A stretch of DNA of 26,347 nucleotides from a virus (IMGVR_UViG_2832576359_000003:1-26347); one strand, 5' to 3'; positions 1 through 8,504 are shown, counted from the first letter of the stretch. Made by a program: numbers and translations. Notes: generated by a model from the sequence alone, not told the origin.

Positions 1-58
1 GCGCGCGCGCGCGCGCGGCGATCGCAGCCAGGCGCTCGGACGCCTCCGCGACGCTCAT
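1..58 (-). CDS. Possible 5' part of a hypothetical gene running off the left edge (MSVAEASERLAAIAARARAR...)
   Basis: ATG at 58 on the minus strand, 23 nt after the stop of the preceding gene and open to the window edge. No clear SD. Confidence 0.3.
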   Translation of the reverse strand, partial: MSVAEASERLAAIAARARA

Positions 59-81
59 TGGTGCTTGTTCGGGGCGTGACA

Positions 82-744
82 TTAGAAAAGGGCTCCCTGA
101 TCAATAGCGGGCTCGACGGTGGACGTCGCTGCGGGTACGTCGGGACGAGATTCGCGCGCCGTGCTCACGGGCTCGCGCCCTTGCTCAAGCCGAGCGAAGC
201 GGGCCCGGATCGCGTCGTACGCGCTTGCGTATGCCGTCGGCTGCCCGGGCACGAACCATCCGCTGTTGTGCGGGATCATTTCGTTGAATACGCATCCCAC
301 CTCGCGTGCGAGTTCGCCGAGTGCGGCTTCAGTCGATTCGAGAAGCCGCGCGCTCGGTGCGGCAGTCAGGATCGGGCGAGATGGGGGCGCCGGCGCCTTC
401 TGTGGCACGATGACGGGCACGGGAGCCGAAACGCCTAGCTCGTCAGCCGTCCAACCCGGCGGCGGCGTGCCGGGCCCCTCCGTGATCTTCCGGCCGAGCA
501 TCATCTGTGAGAACTCGTCGAAGTTCGGATACCAGCGCACGGACCCCATGTCGACGACGGCCTTCTTCGCGAGCGCGTGGTGCGTCATCACGTATCCGGT
601 GACGACGTAGAAATTGCGCTCCTCAATGCGCGCGGCGCGCTCGCGCGTCACGCCCAGGATGCAATTCAGGTTTGGACTGCCGCTCGCGCAGTCCACGAGC
701 ACGGGCCGATCGCTTTCGGCCTGAATCGCCGCGTCGACCGTCAT
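82..744 (-). CDS. Hypothetical phage protein (220 aa) with a Pro-rich central linker
   Basis: ATGA overlap with the upstream gene (741-744), co-oriented with the operon, protein-like composition. Confidence 0.7.
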   Translation of the reverse strand: MTVDAAIQAESDRPVLVDCASGSPNLNCILGVTRERAARIEERNFYVVTGYVMTHHALAKKAVVDMGSVRWYPNFDEFSQMMLGRKITEGPGTPPPGWTADELGVSAPVPVIVPQKAPAPPSRPILTAAPSARLLESTEAALGELAREVGCVFNEMIPHNSGWFVPGQPTAYASAYDAIRARFARLEQGREPVSTARESRPDVPAATSTVEPAIDQGALF

Positions 745-1055
745 GCGAAGCGCTCCGCGTCGAACGGCCGCACCTTCACACGCTCGTCGGTGTCCTTGAT
801 GTTCGTTGCGACCGCCTCTCCGACAAACCAGCCGACGAGCATCCGGTATGCGAGGTAGGGGCGCGAAAACATCGTGTGTTCGGGCGGCGGCGGTGCGATA
901 GGCTTCTCGCCGAGTACATACAGGGGGGTGCCTTCTTCGTCCCGCGTCAGCTGCACGATCACAAGCTTCGCGCGCAGCTCAGCGAGCTTGTCCGTGTAAA
1001 TGACGACGGCGCCTACAGGAAGGCGATGCAGCTCGCCAGGGTTCTCGCTGCGCAT
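741..1055 (-). CDS. Hypothetical phage protein (about 104 aa)
   Basis: ATG at 1055 just after the rtcB stop, GGGGG upstream, stop overlaps the next start. Confidence 0.65.
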   Translation of the reverse strand: MRSENPGELHRLPVGAVVIYTDKLAELRAKLVIVQLTRDEEGTPLYVLGEKPIAPPPPEHTMFSRPYLAYRMLVGWFVGEAVATNIKDTDERVKVRPFDAERFA

Positions 1056-1057
1056 CC

Positions 1058-2272
1058 TCAGGCCCCCTTCACGCAAAGGACCTGCTTCAGCTCATGAACG
1101 ACTTCGACGAGGTCGGTTTGATTCGCCATGACCTCGTCGATGGGCTTGTACGCGCCCGGAATCTCATCGAGAACGCTGTCGTCCTTCCGGCATTCAACGC
1201 CCTCGGTCTGAGACACGAGGTCCGCGACCTGGAACCGGCGGCGCGCTTCCGTGCGACTCATGCGGCGCCCAGCGCCGTGCGAGCACGAGCAGTACGACTC
1301 GGCGTTGCCTTTGCCGCGCACGATGTAGCTACGCTGGCCCATGGATCCGGGGATGATGCCGAGGTCGCCGGCGCGCGCGCGGATCGCGCCCTTGCGCGTG
1401 ACCCACAAGTTCTTTCCGAAGTGATTCTCGCGCATCACATAATTGTGATGGCAGTTGATCGCCTCCTGCGTCACGGTGAACTCGATAGGAATGTGCCGGC
1501 GCACCGCGGCGATGACGGCCTGCATCATCACCCGGCGGTTCTCGAGCGCATACTCCTGAGCCCACTGGACGGCTTCGACGTAGTCGTTGAACTCGTCCGT
1601 CTCCTCCGGGAAGTAGGCAAGATCGCCATCGGGAAGACTGATGAAATACTGCTCCATGCGCCGCTTCGCCTTCTCGATGAAGTAGCGCCCGATCAAGTTG
1701 CCGATGCCGCGCGAGCCAGAGTGCAGCATGATCCACACGTCCTGGCTCTCATCGATGCAGAGTTCGATGAAGTGGTTTCCGCTGCCGAGCGTGCCAAGTT
1801 GCGACGCCGCCTTAGTGAACGCCTTGGGCATGCTTCCACCGAAAATGCGGTCGGCGAGAATGTCCTGCATGCGATCTGACGGCATTGTCGGCAGGCGATT
1901 CAGGTTTGCATTGATCTCCTGATCGCGCTTGTGCGCGCCGCCAGCGCCGAGCGGAACGTCGCGCTCGATTTGATGGCGAATGTCCGTCAGGCTTTCCGGC
2001 AGGTCCGCAGCCTTCAGCGAGAGGCGCACGGCGTTCATACCGCAACCGATATCGACGCCGACGGCGGCAGGAATGATCGCCTTGTCGGTCGCAATGACGG
2101 TGCCGACAGTCGAGCCAATTCCAGCATGGACATCGGGCATGCACGCGACGCCGTTGCCAGCGATGAAGGGAAGGCGCGCAAGGTTCTTGAGTTGCGTGAG
2201 GGCCGCGTCCTGGATGTCGTCGGTCCAGATCTTGATCGGACGCGCGCCGTCCTCGCGAATGACTTGCTTCAT
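1058..2272 (-). CDS. rtcB: RtcB-family RNA ligase (404 aa)
   Basis: Motifs PDVHAG, VGVDIGCG, GTLGSGNHFIE, HSGSRG, HHNY, RKGA, PGSMG, SHGAGR and DEIPGAYK are all present. The real start is MKQVIRE at 2272 (ATGA overlap with the upstream stop), not 2407. Confidence 0.96.
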   Translation of the reverse strand: MKQVIREDGARPIKIWTDDIQDAALTQLKNLARLPFIAGNGVACMPDVHAGIGSTVGTVIATDKAIIPAAVGVDIGCGMNAVRLSLKAADLPESLTDIRHQIERDVPLGAGGAHKRDQEINANLNRLPTMPSDRMQDILADRIFGGSMPKAFTKAASQLGTLGSGNHFIELCIDESQDVWIMLHSGSRGIGNLIGRYFIEKAKRRMEQYFISLPDGDLAYFPEETDEFNDYVEAVQWAQEYALENRRVMMQAVIAAVRRHIPIEFTVTQEAINCHHNYVMRENHFGKNLWVTRKGAIRARAGDLGIIPGSMGQRSYIVRGKGNAESYCSCSHGAGRRMSRTEARRRFQVADLVSQTEGVECRKDDSVLDEIPGAYKPIDEVMANQTDLVEVVHELKQVLCVKGA

Positions 2273-2709
2273 AGCTGTTCCGTGTTGGATAGGTTTTTCA
2301 TCGCGTGCCGCACGTGATCCAGGTGGAACACGATCCCGCGGCAGTACTTCTCGCCGTCCTCGAGCACTTCGAACGTCGCATGCGGGATGTCCGTCCGATA
2401 GACCCACGAATATTCGCCCTCAGACCACACAGCCTCGACCACCGCGGCAGCGTCTTTTAGCTTCGCGAAGTGAGGACAATCGTCGTCCTCGCACTCGTTC
2501 GTGAGCAACCCGAGCGCGGTGAAATAGGCTTCTCCGCCGTCGTAGCAAGACACCTCATCGTGGATAGCGCCGCGCAGTTCCATGAGATCGTCGCTTGCAC
2601 CGAAAACCACGACCAGGCCGTGCGCTTTCGCTTCCGCCTCTTTTTCGCGACTGATCTCGTCCCCCATCTGGGCCCCGCTAAGAGCGGCCGCGAGTGTGGA
2701 TGCGTCCAT
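2269..2709 (-). CDS. Conserved phage hypothetical protein (146 aa; VVVFGASDDLMELRGAIHDE...TDIPHATFEVLEDGEKYCRGIVF)
   Basis: The pattern is one I recognise from many phage/prophage hypotheticals. AGGAG SD upstream, and its stop overlaps the rtcB start. Confidence 0.85.
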   Translation of the reverse strand: MDASTLAAALSGAQMGDEISREKEAEAKAHGLVVVFGASDDLMELRGAIHDEVSCYDGGEAYFTALGLLTNECEDDDCPHFAKLKDAAAVVEAVWSEGEYSWVYRTDIPHATFEVLEDGEKYCRGIVFHLDHVRHAMKNLSNTEQL

Positions 2710-2724
2710 GTTGATTGGCTCCTT

Positions 2725-3231
2725 TCAATGCGTGGTGGGGGATGCGGCTGCGGCGACGGCGACCGTAAGCGGTTCGCAAAGCTCGTTGAGCGTTGCCTTT
2801 CCGTCGACGATCGGGTTGCGGCCGTGCCAGGTGCCGTTGTGATGCGTGATCACCTGAACGGACACGAACTCGATAGCGGGGATCTCGTCGCCCGCCCGCG
2901 GGCCGCCGGGCGCGACCATGACGACGGCGTCTGGCGGGACCGCGAACGACGCACGCAGTGCACTCGCCGTGTCGAAGATGCCTGCCAGAAAGCGCTGCAG
3001 AATGTTGTGCTGCTGCTCGACCGCATTCTCCGGCGCGACCTCGTACAGTCCGAGCAGCATTTGCATCGGTATCTCGACCATGAGAATTTCGGTCGGCTCG
3101 AACGTCGCAAGCATGAGGGCGGGAGGGATCTCGCCCTTCTCGTTGAACTTGGCGACGGCGATGCCCGCGACGTTCGAGTACAGAATCGAAATCTGTTCGC
3201 GCGTGAGGCGGCGGGGGTCCTGAGTGCTCAT
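2725..3231 (-). CDS. Hypothetical protein (about 168 aa)
   Basis: GGAG SD upstream of ATG 3231 (alternative start 3249 by ATGA overlap), globular-looking sequence. Confidence 0.7.
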   Translation of the reverse strand: MSTQDPRRLTREQISILYSNVAGIAVAKFNEKGEIPPALMLATFEPTEILMVEIPMQMLLGLYEVAPENAVEQQHNILQRFLAGIFDTASALRASFAVPPDAVVMVAPGGPRAGDEIPAIEFVSVQVITHHNGTWHGRNPIVDGKATLNELCEPLTVAVAAAASPTTH

Positions 3232-3245
3232 AGATAGTTCTCCAT

Positions 3246-3776
3246 TCATTCATTTGCGATGCGCTTCAACTCGCGCGCGATCGGATCCGATATTTGGTGG
3301 ACCAAGGTTCGAAACGGAATCCTGGCCAGCGTCAAGGGACTGATCGCATAGCCGACGCGCTGCTCGCAGTAAGTCACGCGCACATGGCGCGCTCCACGCA
3401 TGTCATCGAACGCGTGCGCAAGGATGACCGGCAATGTCAGCGTTCTGAACGCATGACTCGGATCGACGCGCATGGCGCGCCCCGGCAAATACACCGCGTC
3501 CATCACGGACGCATAATCCACGTTGTTCAGCGCGCCGAATCGTCCGAACAGCTCCACGAACTGAGTCGCCGGACCATTTAATTCCAACGTCTGCGGATCG
3601 AATGCCGCGCTGTACTCGCCCGCGATTCGCTTCGCTCGCGCGATCTCTTCGCGTAGGACACGAAGCTCGCTCGTTTTGTCGCCGATCGCGCGTCGGGAGA
3701 TAGCGTCCTGATGCTCAAGTTCTAAAATCCGCTCGCGCGCGCGGCGCCGCTGATTGCGGCCAAATCGCTTGCTCAT
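3246..3776 (-). CDS. Hypothetical phage protein (176 aa) with basic N-terminus MSKRFGRNQRRRARE and a short coiled coil
   Basis: Tightly packed within the operon, with an N-terminus typical of phage hypotheticals. Confidence 0.75.
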   Translation of the reverse strand: MSKRFGRNQRRRARERILELEHQDAISRRAIGDKTSELRVLREEIARAKRIAGEYSAAFDPQTLELNGPATQFVELFGRFGALNNVDYASVMDAVYLPGRAMRVDPSHAFRTLTLPVILAHAFDDMRGARHVRVTYCEQRVGYAISPLTLARIPFRTLVHQISDPIARELKRIANE

Positions 3777-3782
3777 GAACGA

Positions 3783-4004
3783 CTACAGTTCGCCGATGCG
3801 ATGAAGGTGGTTGAAAATCGCCGAGTGCCCGCGCTTTACCTGACGCGGTGTGAGGCTCTTTGCCGCCGGGCGCTTCGCGCGCCGCGCATCGCACGAATTG
3901 CAGATCGGCTTCTTCGAAATCTGATCCACGGCCTTGTGCGCCACGTCTTTGTGGCGCGAGCACGTGAAGCAGAAGAACTCTGCTCGAGCATCGGCCTTAG
4001 TCAT
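3783..4004 (-). CDS. Small zinc-finger-like basic protein (73 aa; CFTC...CNSC)
   Basis: Two CxxC motifs, start overlaps the previous stop by 8 nt. Confidence 0.65.
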   Translation of the reverse strand: MTKADARAEFFCFTCSRHKDVAHKAVDQISKKPICNSCDARRAKRPAAKSLTPRQVKRGHSAIFNHLHRIGEL

Positions 4005-4173
4005 GTTCCGCGGCGCATGCGCGCTCCATTCCAATGCACTCGGTACACAGATCGCGGCCCGGCTCCTTCTCGAAGAAGCCGCACTCGGCGCACTTCGACT
4101 CGTCGTCCGGGGTTCCGCTGTCGATCGGCTCGAACGCGGGGCGCGCATGCTTTTCTCGGGATCGCTTGCTCAT
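3997..4173 (-). CDS. Small Cys-rich protein (58 aa; CAEC...CTEC)
   Basis: Two CxxC motifs. It fills the gap between flanking genes, with start MSKRSRE at 4173. Confidence 0.55.
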   Translation of the reverse strand: MSKRSREKHARPAFEPIDSGTPDDESKCAECGFFEKEPGRDLCTECIGMERACAAEHD

Positions 4174-4191
4174 GGTGGATTCGTGCTGAGA

Positions 4192-4216
4192 GCCGCGCGC
4201 GGGCGATGCGCGCGGC
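4192..4216. other. Perfect 9-bp GC hairpin in an intergenic gap
   Basis: GCCGCGCGC-gggcgat-GCGCGCGGC. No U tract, so it is not called a terminator. Confidence 0.45.
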
Positions 4217-4225
4217 GTGACGCGA

Positions 4226-4831
4226 TTACTGCGGGGCGCCGACGGCGCGCGGGACTTTCTTCGGGGCGGCTGCGGTTGCGACGGGCGCAAGGCTCGGGGC
4301 CGCGATCGTCTTCGGCGGCCGACCGCGTCGCTTGGGCTGAGCCACGGGCGCATCCGTTGCCTTGACAGCAGGTGGCACGGCCGGCTTCTTGATGGCGCGC
4401 TTCGCTTTGGGCGCGGGCGCCGGCTTCGACTGCGCGTCGGCCTGGGGCGCTGCAGCAGCGATGCGCGCCGCAGCAGCGATCGCTTCGTCGATCGGCGGCG
4501 AGAGAAGGATAAGCGGGCCGCGCTCCGTAATCTGCGTGCGGATTTCACGCCCGTTGAGCTTCACGCGACGCTTTGCGAGTTCGCGATCGATCCCGAGTCT
4601 GAGGTTCGCCATCTGAGTTTGCTCGTGCGAATGCAACTCGTTGATGGCGTCGCCGAAAGACTTCGCCTGGTTCGTCAGAAAGTTTTTGACGTACTGGATC
4701 GCGGTCAGGTAGCCGGCGGTGTGCGCGGTGTGTGCGTCGCGGATTGCGATCTCCTCGACCGCCGGAGCGACGGCCTGAGCGATCGATTTCTTTGCCTTCG
4801 TGGCGGCCTGCTTGATGGCTGCTTTCGACAC
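4226..4831 (-). CDS. Basic protein (201 aa) with an AT-hook (KRRGRPPK) and an Ala/Pro/Lys-rich histone-H1-like tail
   Basis: GTG start at 4831 preceded by AGGAG. The AT-hook is encoded at 4310-4333. Confidence 0.75.
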   Translation of the reverse strand: MSKAAIKQAATKAKKSIAQAVAPAVEEIAIRDAHTAHTAGYLTAIQYVKNFLTNQAKSFGDAINELHSHEQTQMANLRLGIDRELAKRRVKLNGREIRTQITERGPLILLSPPIDEAIAAAARIAAAAPQADAQSKPAPAPKAKRAIKKPAVPPAVKATDAPVAQPKRRGRPPKTIAAPSLAPVATAAAPKKVPRAVGAPQ

Positions 4832-4853
4832 TTGAACTCCTATTTGGATTGGG

Positions 4854-5069
4854 TCACTCGGTGCGCGCGAACTGATCGCAGACGCCGTTCGCCACGATCG
4901 TGAATCCACCGATTCGGCATTTCGACACTCGGCTCTGAGTGCCGCTCTCAAACCCCGATTTCTGGCATGAAAAGCAGCACGCTTGCGACCGATAGCCCTG
5001 GATCTTCCTGGCGTTCGTCAACTCGCCGAATCGTGTGGATTGCTCGATGCTCTGCAACGTGGTTTCCAT
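4854..5069 (-). CDS. Small Cys-rich phage protein (71 aa; GYR..CCFSC...KCRIGGFTIVANGVCDQF)
   Basis: GAGG SD 6 nt before ATG 5069. The Cys spacing resembles a small phage protein family. First gene of the leftward operon. Confidence 0.6.
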   Translation of the reverse strand: METTLQSIEQSTRFGELTNARKIQGYRSQACCFSCQKSGFESGTQSRVSKCRIGGFTIVANGVCDQFARTE

Positions 5070-5099
5070 GCTGCGCCTCGCCAATTCTGCGTACAAAGC

Positions 5100-5160
5100 A
5101 GATTATTGACGCAATGCGTAACCCCGGCAACAAATATTTCTTCGATTTAGGAAGAATTCG
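5100..5160. promoter_or_regulatory. AT-rich divergent control region: candidate leftward sigma70 promoter with inverted repeats
   Basis: On the minus strand, TTGCCG-17 nt-AATAAT. Near-palindrome TTGACGCAATGCGTAA at 5106-5121 and inverted repeat TTCTTC-N7-GAAGAA at 5138-5156. Confidence 0.4.
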
Positions 5161-5179
5161 GGGCGCGGATAGGGCCGGA

Positions 5180-5195
5180 GTCGTGACTACAAACT
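5180..5195 (+). promoter_or_regulatory. Putative late promoter 1 (portal operon)
   Basis: GTCGTGAC-TA-CAAACT, followed by a GGGGG SD and the portal ATG at 5220. Confidence 0.7.
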
Positions 5196-5219
5196 CATCG
5201 TTAAAACCATGGGGGTGTT

Positions 5220-6971
5220 ATGTCCGATTCAGCCGCGTCCGCAGCCTTTGACGGGGCCGCGCCCGAAGACGAGCGCTCCGAAGCGCTTGGCGCGCTGCAG
5301 CGCGAATACATGCCGACGCAGTCGGATTTGCTGCCTCCGGAGCACGTTCGTCAGATTCTTCAATTTGCCGAGTACAGTTTCGACGAGCCGTTCGCCAAGG
5401 CCATCGCGGACAACGGCGCGCCGTTCCCGAGCGAGGCCGCGCGCAAGAAGTTGCGCGGCATGCAGTCCGTGCAGCTCGACGGGTTCACGATCAATATCCA
5501 GGGCGATTTCTGGGAGCGGCCGACCGCGCTGTCGTATGACTCGTTGCGGCTCATGGTCGCCAAGACACCGATCCTGAACGCTGTCGCGATGACGCGCGTT
5601 CGGCAAGTTCAGCGCTTCTGCCGCGTCGCCGAGAAGGGCGTCGACGCCCCCGGATTCGATATCCGGCACGTTGACCGCAAACACCAGCTCACGAAGGCCG
5701 AGCAGGAGTCGATCGGGCTCTTGAATCGCTTCATGGTCAATTGCGGGTGGGAATTCAACCCGCGCCTTCGGAAATCGCTGCGCCGCGACTCGCTCTCGCA
5801 GTTCATGGCGAAATCGGTGCGCGACTCGCTCGTGCTCGACTCGGCGCCGATCGAGACGGAATGGAAGCGCAACAAGAAGCTGGGCATCGACGGGTTTTAC
5901 CCGGTCGACGGCGCGACGATCCGCCTCTGCACCGAGGACGGCTTTCACGGGAATGAGGCCATCTGCGCGATTCAGCTCGTGGAAGGACGCATCACGGCGG
6001 CCTATACCCACGACGATCTGATCTACGAGCCGCGCAACCCGCGCACGGAGGTCAACGCGGTGGGCTATGGCATCTCCGAGACCGAGCTGCTCGTGCGCGT
6101 CGTGTCGGGCTACTTGAACGCTATGACGTACAACATCAAGGGCTTCGACTCGAACCAGATCCCCAAGGGCGTCCTGAACCTCGTTGGCGATTACAGCGAA
6201 GCAGACTTGAAGGCCTTCCGTCGCTACTGGAACTCGCTTGTCAAAGGCGTGAGCAACGCCTGGACGCTCCCCGTGCTCGCGGCCAAAAACAGCGAAGCGA
6301 AGGCCACGTTCGAGAAATTCGGCGTCGAATTCAACGAAATGTATTTCGCGAAGTGGATGACGTTCCTGACGTCGATCATTTGCGCGCTGTGGGGCATGTC
6401 GCCGGCGGAGATCAATTTCGACAGTTTCTCGGGCGGCAATACGTCGCCTCTTTCGGGTTCGGACACGGCAGAGCGCTTGGCCGCCTCCAAAGATTCGGGG
6501 CTGCGGCCTCTGCTCGCGCACTACGAAAACCTGTTCAGCGATTTCCTCATCGCCGAGTACTCGGACAACCTCGTGTTCCGGTGGACGGGGCTCGACCCCG
6601 AGGACAAGGAAGCGAAACAGGAAATGCGCAAGCTCGTTCTGACGGTCAACGAGATCCGCGCGGAGGAAGGGCACGAGGCGATGGAAGGTCCGCTCGGCGA
6701 TGCCCCGGTGAATCCCGCGTTGATTCAGCCGTGGATGGCCTTCAACGGCCCGCAGCCGGCCGAAGGTGCCGACGGCGGCGCCCCGGGTGCTCCTACCGGC
6801 GCAGGCGGCGCGCGGGCCGCAGATCCGGACGCCGAGCCCAACGAAAACGACACCCCCGAAGAAGACGCAGCGCCCGGATCGGAATCTAGCTTCGGCGAGC
6901 AGCCGGGCGAGGACTTCGGAAAGGCATTCAATCTGCCGCCCATTTATTCGACTGAGGACATGCTCGCATGA
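5220..6971 (+). CDS. Portal protein (583 aa), HK97-family, SPO1/Twort-like
   Basis: Motifs FYPVDGATIR, GYGISETE, PKGVL, NAW.LPVL, EMYFAKWMTFLTSIICALWGMSPAEINF, SKDSGLRPLL, TVNEIRAEEG. First gene of the head module, with an acidic C-terminal tail. Confidence 0.92.
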   Translation: MSDSAASAAFDGAAPEDERSEALGALQREYMPTQSDLLPPEHVRQILQFAEYSFDEPFAKAIADNGAPFPSEAARKKLRGMQSVQLDGFTINIQGDFWERPTALSYDSLRLMVAKTPILNAVAMTRVRQVQRFCRVAEKGVDAPGFDIRHVDRKHQLTKAEQESIGLLNRFMVNCGWEFNPRLRKSLRRDSLSQFMAKSVRDSLVLDSAPIETEWKRNKKLGIDGFYPVDGATIRLCTEDGFHGNEAICAIQLVEGRITAAYTHDDLIYEPRNPRTEVNAVGYGISETELLVRVVSGYLNAMTYNIKGFDSNQIPKGVLNLVGDYSEADLKAFRRYWNSLVKGVSNAWTLPVLAAKNSEAKATFEKFGVEFNEMYFAKWMTFLTSIICALWGMSPAEINFDSFSGGNTSPLSGSDTAERLAASKDSGLRPLLAHYENLFSDFLIAEYSDNLVFRWTGLDPEDKEAKQEMRKLVLTVNEIRAEEGHEAMEGPLGDAPVNPALIQPWMAFNGPQPAEGADGGAPGAPTGAGGARAADPDAEPNENDTPEEDAAPGSESSFGEQPGEDFGKAFNLPPIYSTEDMLA

Positions 6972-7315
6972 GTACGGCCGTATTTTTCAAGGCGATCAAG
7001 CCGGCGAAGTCTCCCAAGGCAGGGAAGGCCTCGAAGATCAACAAGCAGGGGGACGGCAACCCTCTGGCCGGTCTCCTGTCGATCCTCACCGAGCACAAGG
7101 TGGGGCAGAAATTCGGGCCCGACGTGGTGAAGGACGACCACGAAGTCACGTTCAAGGCCGGCACTTTCGTCGGCTCGGGTAAGGTCCGCGCAACCGGAAA
7201 GCATGGCTGCAAGGTCGAGGACGAAGAGGGCCGCGCGCACGACGTGCGCTGGCACGAAGTCACCGGGCACAAGGACGGCGGATCGGGCAAGCAGAAGGGC
7301 AATGCTGAAAAATAA
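6968..7315 (+). CDS. Small basic protein (115 aa), candidate internal head protein with an SH3-like beta C-terminus
   Basis: ATGA overlap with the portal gene, N-terminal FFKAI motif, Lys-rich. Confidence 0.7.
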   Translation: MSTAVFFKAIKPAKSPKAGKASKINKQGDGNPLAGLLSILTEHKVGQKFGPDVVKDDHEVTFKAGTFVGSGKVRATGKHGCKVEDEEGRAHDVRWHEVTGHKDGGSGKQKGNAEK

Positions 7316-8504
7316 CGTGTTCCTCGATATCGGCCCGCTTTCGTGTGCGTGCTCGGACCACGTGCTCGGCACGATCGCGAAGGCGCTGTCAGGCTCGGAC
7401 GGCCTGTCGCACGACATCTGGGCGCTCCACGAGAGCCCGTTCGTGCGCTCGCTCGTCGAACTGTTCTCGTCGCGCGGCCTGCTGCAGCTCGACAAGGTGC
7501 AGACCGAGCTCAAAGCATGGGTCGCGGGCAAGCGCTTCATTCCGAACGGGCTCGGTGTCGACGGACGGCCCGTGCTTTCGGTCGGCCGGCTGGATGCGAA
7601 CGAACTCGCGCTCGTGCGCATCTATCTCGAGAACCTGCCGCCCGAGAAATTCACGGCGGCCGACTGGAGCCTGTTGGTCGACTATCTCGTGAGCCGTTAC
7701 ATGCCACCCAAGGTCGCATATAGCGAGGCGGAGTGGCTGACGGTACGCTCCACTTTCATGGGAAAGGTGCAGGCGAACATCGCAAATCTGAACGCCGCGC
7801 AGGCGGAGGGACTCGTTGCCGCTCTGCCGAGCACAGTCGCCGAGGCGAAACGCGAGTTCAGCCCTTCGCCTTCGCTTCAGGCGATTATCGACTTCGGGCT
7901 CGAGCGCTGCGCCGACAACATCACCGCGATCAACGACGCGACGCGGCACCGAATCAAGCGCGTGATCATGAATCACGAAGAGCAGCGCTTGCTCGGCGAT
8001 CGACCGCCGGAATCGGCGTTGCAAACGCAGCTCGTCGACGAGTTCGCTGCGCTCAATCGTGACTGGCGTCGCATCGCTCTCACCGAGGTCGCCGAGAACG
8101 CCGGCAACGGCATGATTGCCTCGGTCGCGCCGGGCGGCCGCGTGCGGCGCGTCGAGCAGTACGTGGGTTCGTGCGACTTCTGCCGGAAAATCCACGGCCG
8201 CATCTTCACCGTCGTGTCGCCCGATAAGAAGGACAAGAACTGGGACACGGAGGTCTGGGTCGGCAAATCGAACATCGGCCGATCTGGCGCGAAGATGAAG
8301 CGCACCGATGATGGCCTGGTGCCGCGCGCCGAGTCCGAACTGTGGACGGTGCCAGCCGGCCCCGTTCATCCCCACTGCCGCGGTATCTGGGTTCCCGTCG
8401 AGGACGCGAAGCCGACCGACGATCCGTCGTTCGCAAAGTGGCTGGACGCGCATTTCGCTAAGCACCGCCGGTCCGCCGAGCAGCTCGCAGAATCCTTTCG
8501 CTAG
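7302..8504 (+). CDS. Head morphogenesis protein, Mu gpF/SPP1 gp7-like (400 aa)
   Basis: WRRIALTE...GNG, CDFC and HPHCRG motifs. Position after the portal. Start MLKNNVF at 7302. Confidence 0.85.
   Translation: MLKNNVFLDIGPLSCACSDHVLGTIAKALSGSDGLSHDIWALHESPFVRSLVELFSSRGLLQLDKVQTELKAWVAGKRFIPNGLGVDGRPVLSVGRLDANELALVRIYLENLPPEKFTAADWSLLVDYLVSRYMPPKVAYSEAEWLTVRSTFMGKVQANIANLNAAQAEGLVAALPSTVAEAKREFSPSPSLQAIIDFGLERCADNITAINDATRHRIKRVIMNHEEQRLLGDRPPESALQTQLVDEFAALNRDWRRIALTEVAENAGNGMIASVAPGGRVRRVEQYVGSCDFCRKIHGRIFTVVSPDKKDKNWDTEVWVGKSNIGRSGAKMKRTDDGLVPRAESELWTVPAGPVHPHCRGIWVPVEDAKPTDDPSFAKWLDAHFAKHRRSAEQLAESFR

Noticed and set aside
1-17. Alternating (GC)n run with Z-DNA potential
   Set aside because: It is truncated by the window edge and explainable as Ala-Arg codons in a GC-rich ORF.
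2273-2407. 45-aa N-terminal extension of RtcB shown in the ORF track
   Set aside because: It overlaps the upstream gene. The ATGA-coupled start at 2272 gives a normal RtcB N-terminus.
73-4221. GGCGTGAC variants of the late motif in two intergenic gaps (73-80 and 4214-4221)
   Set aside because: They lack the conserved nAnnnT, point antisense to the operon, and GCGTGAC is common in coding sequence here.
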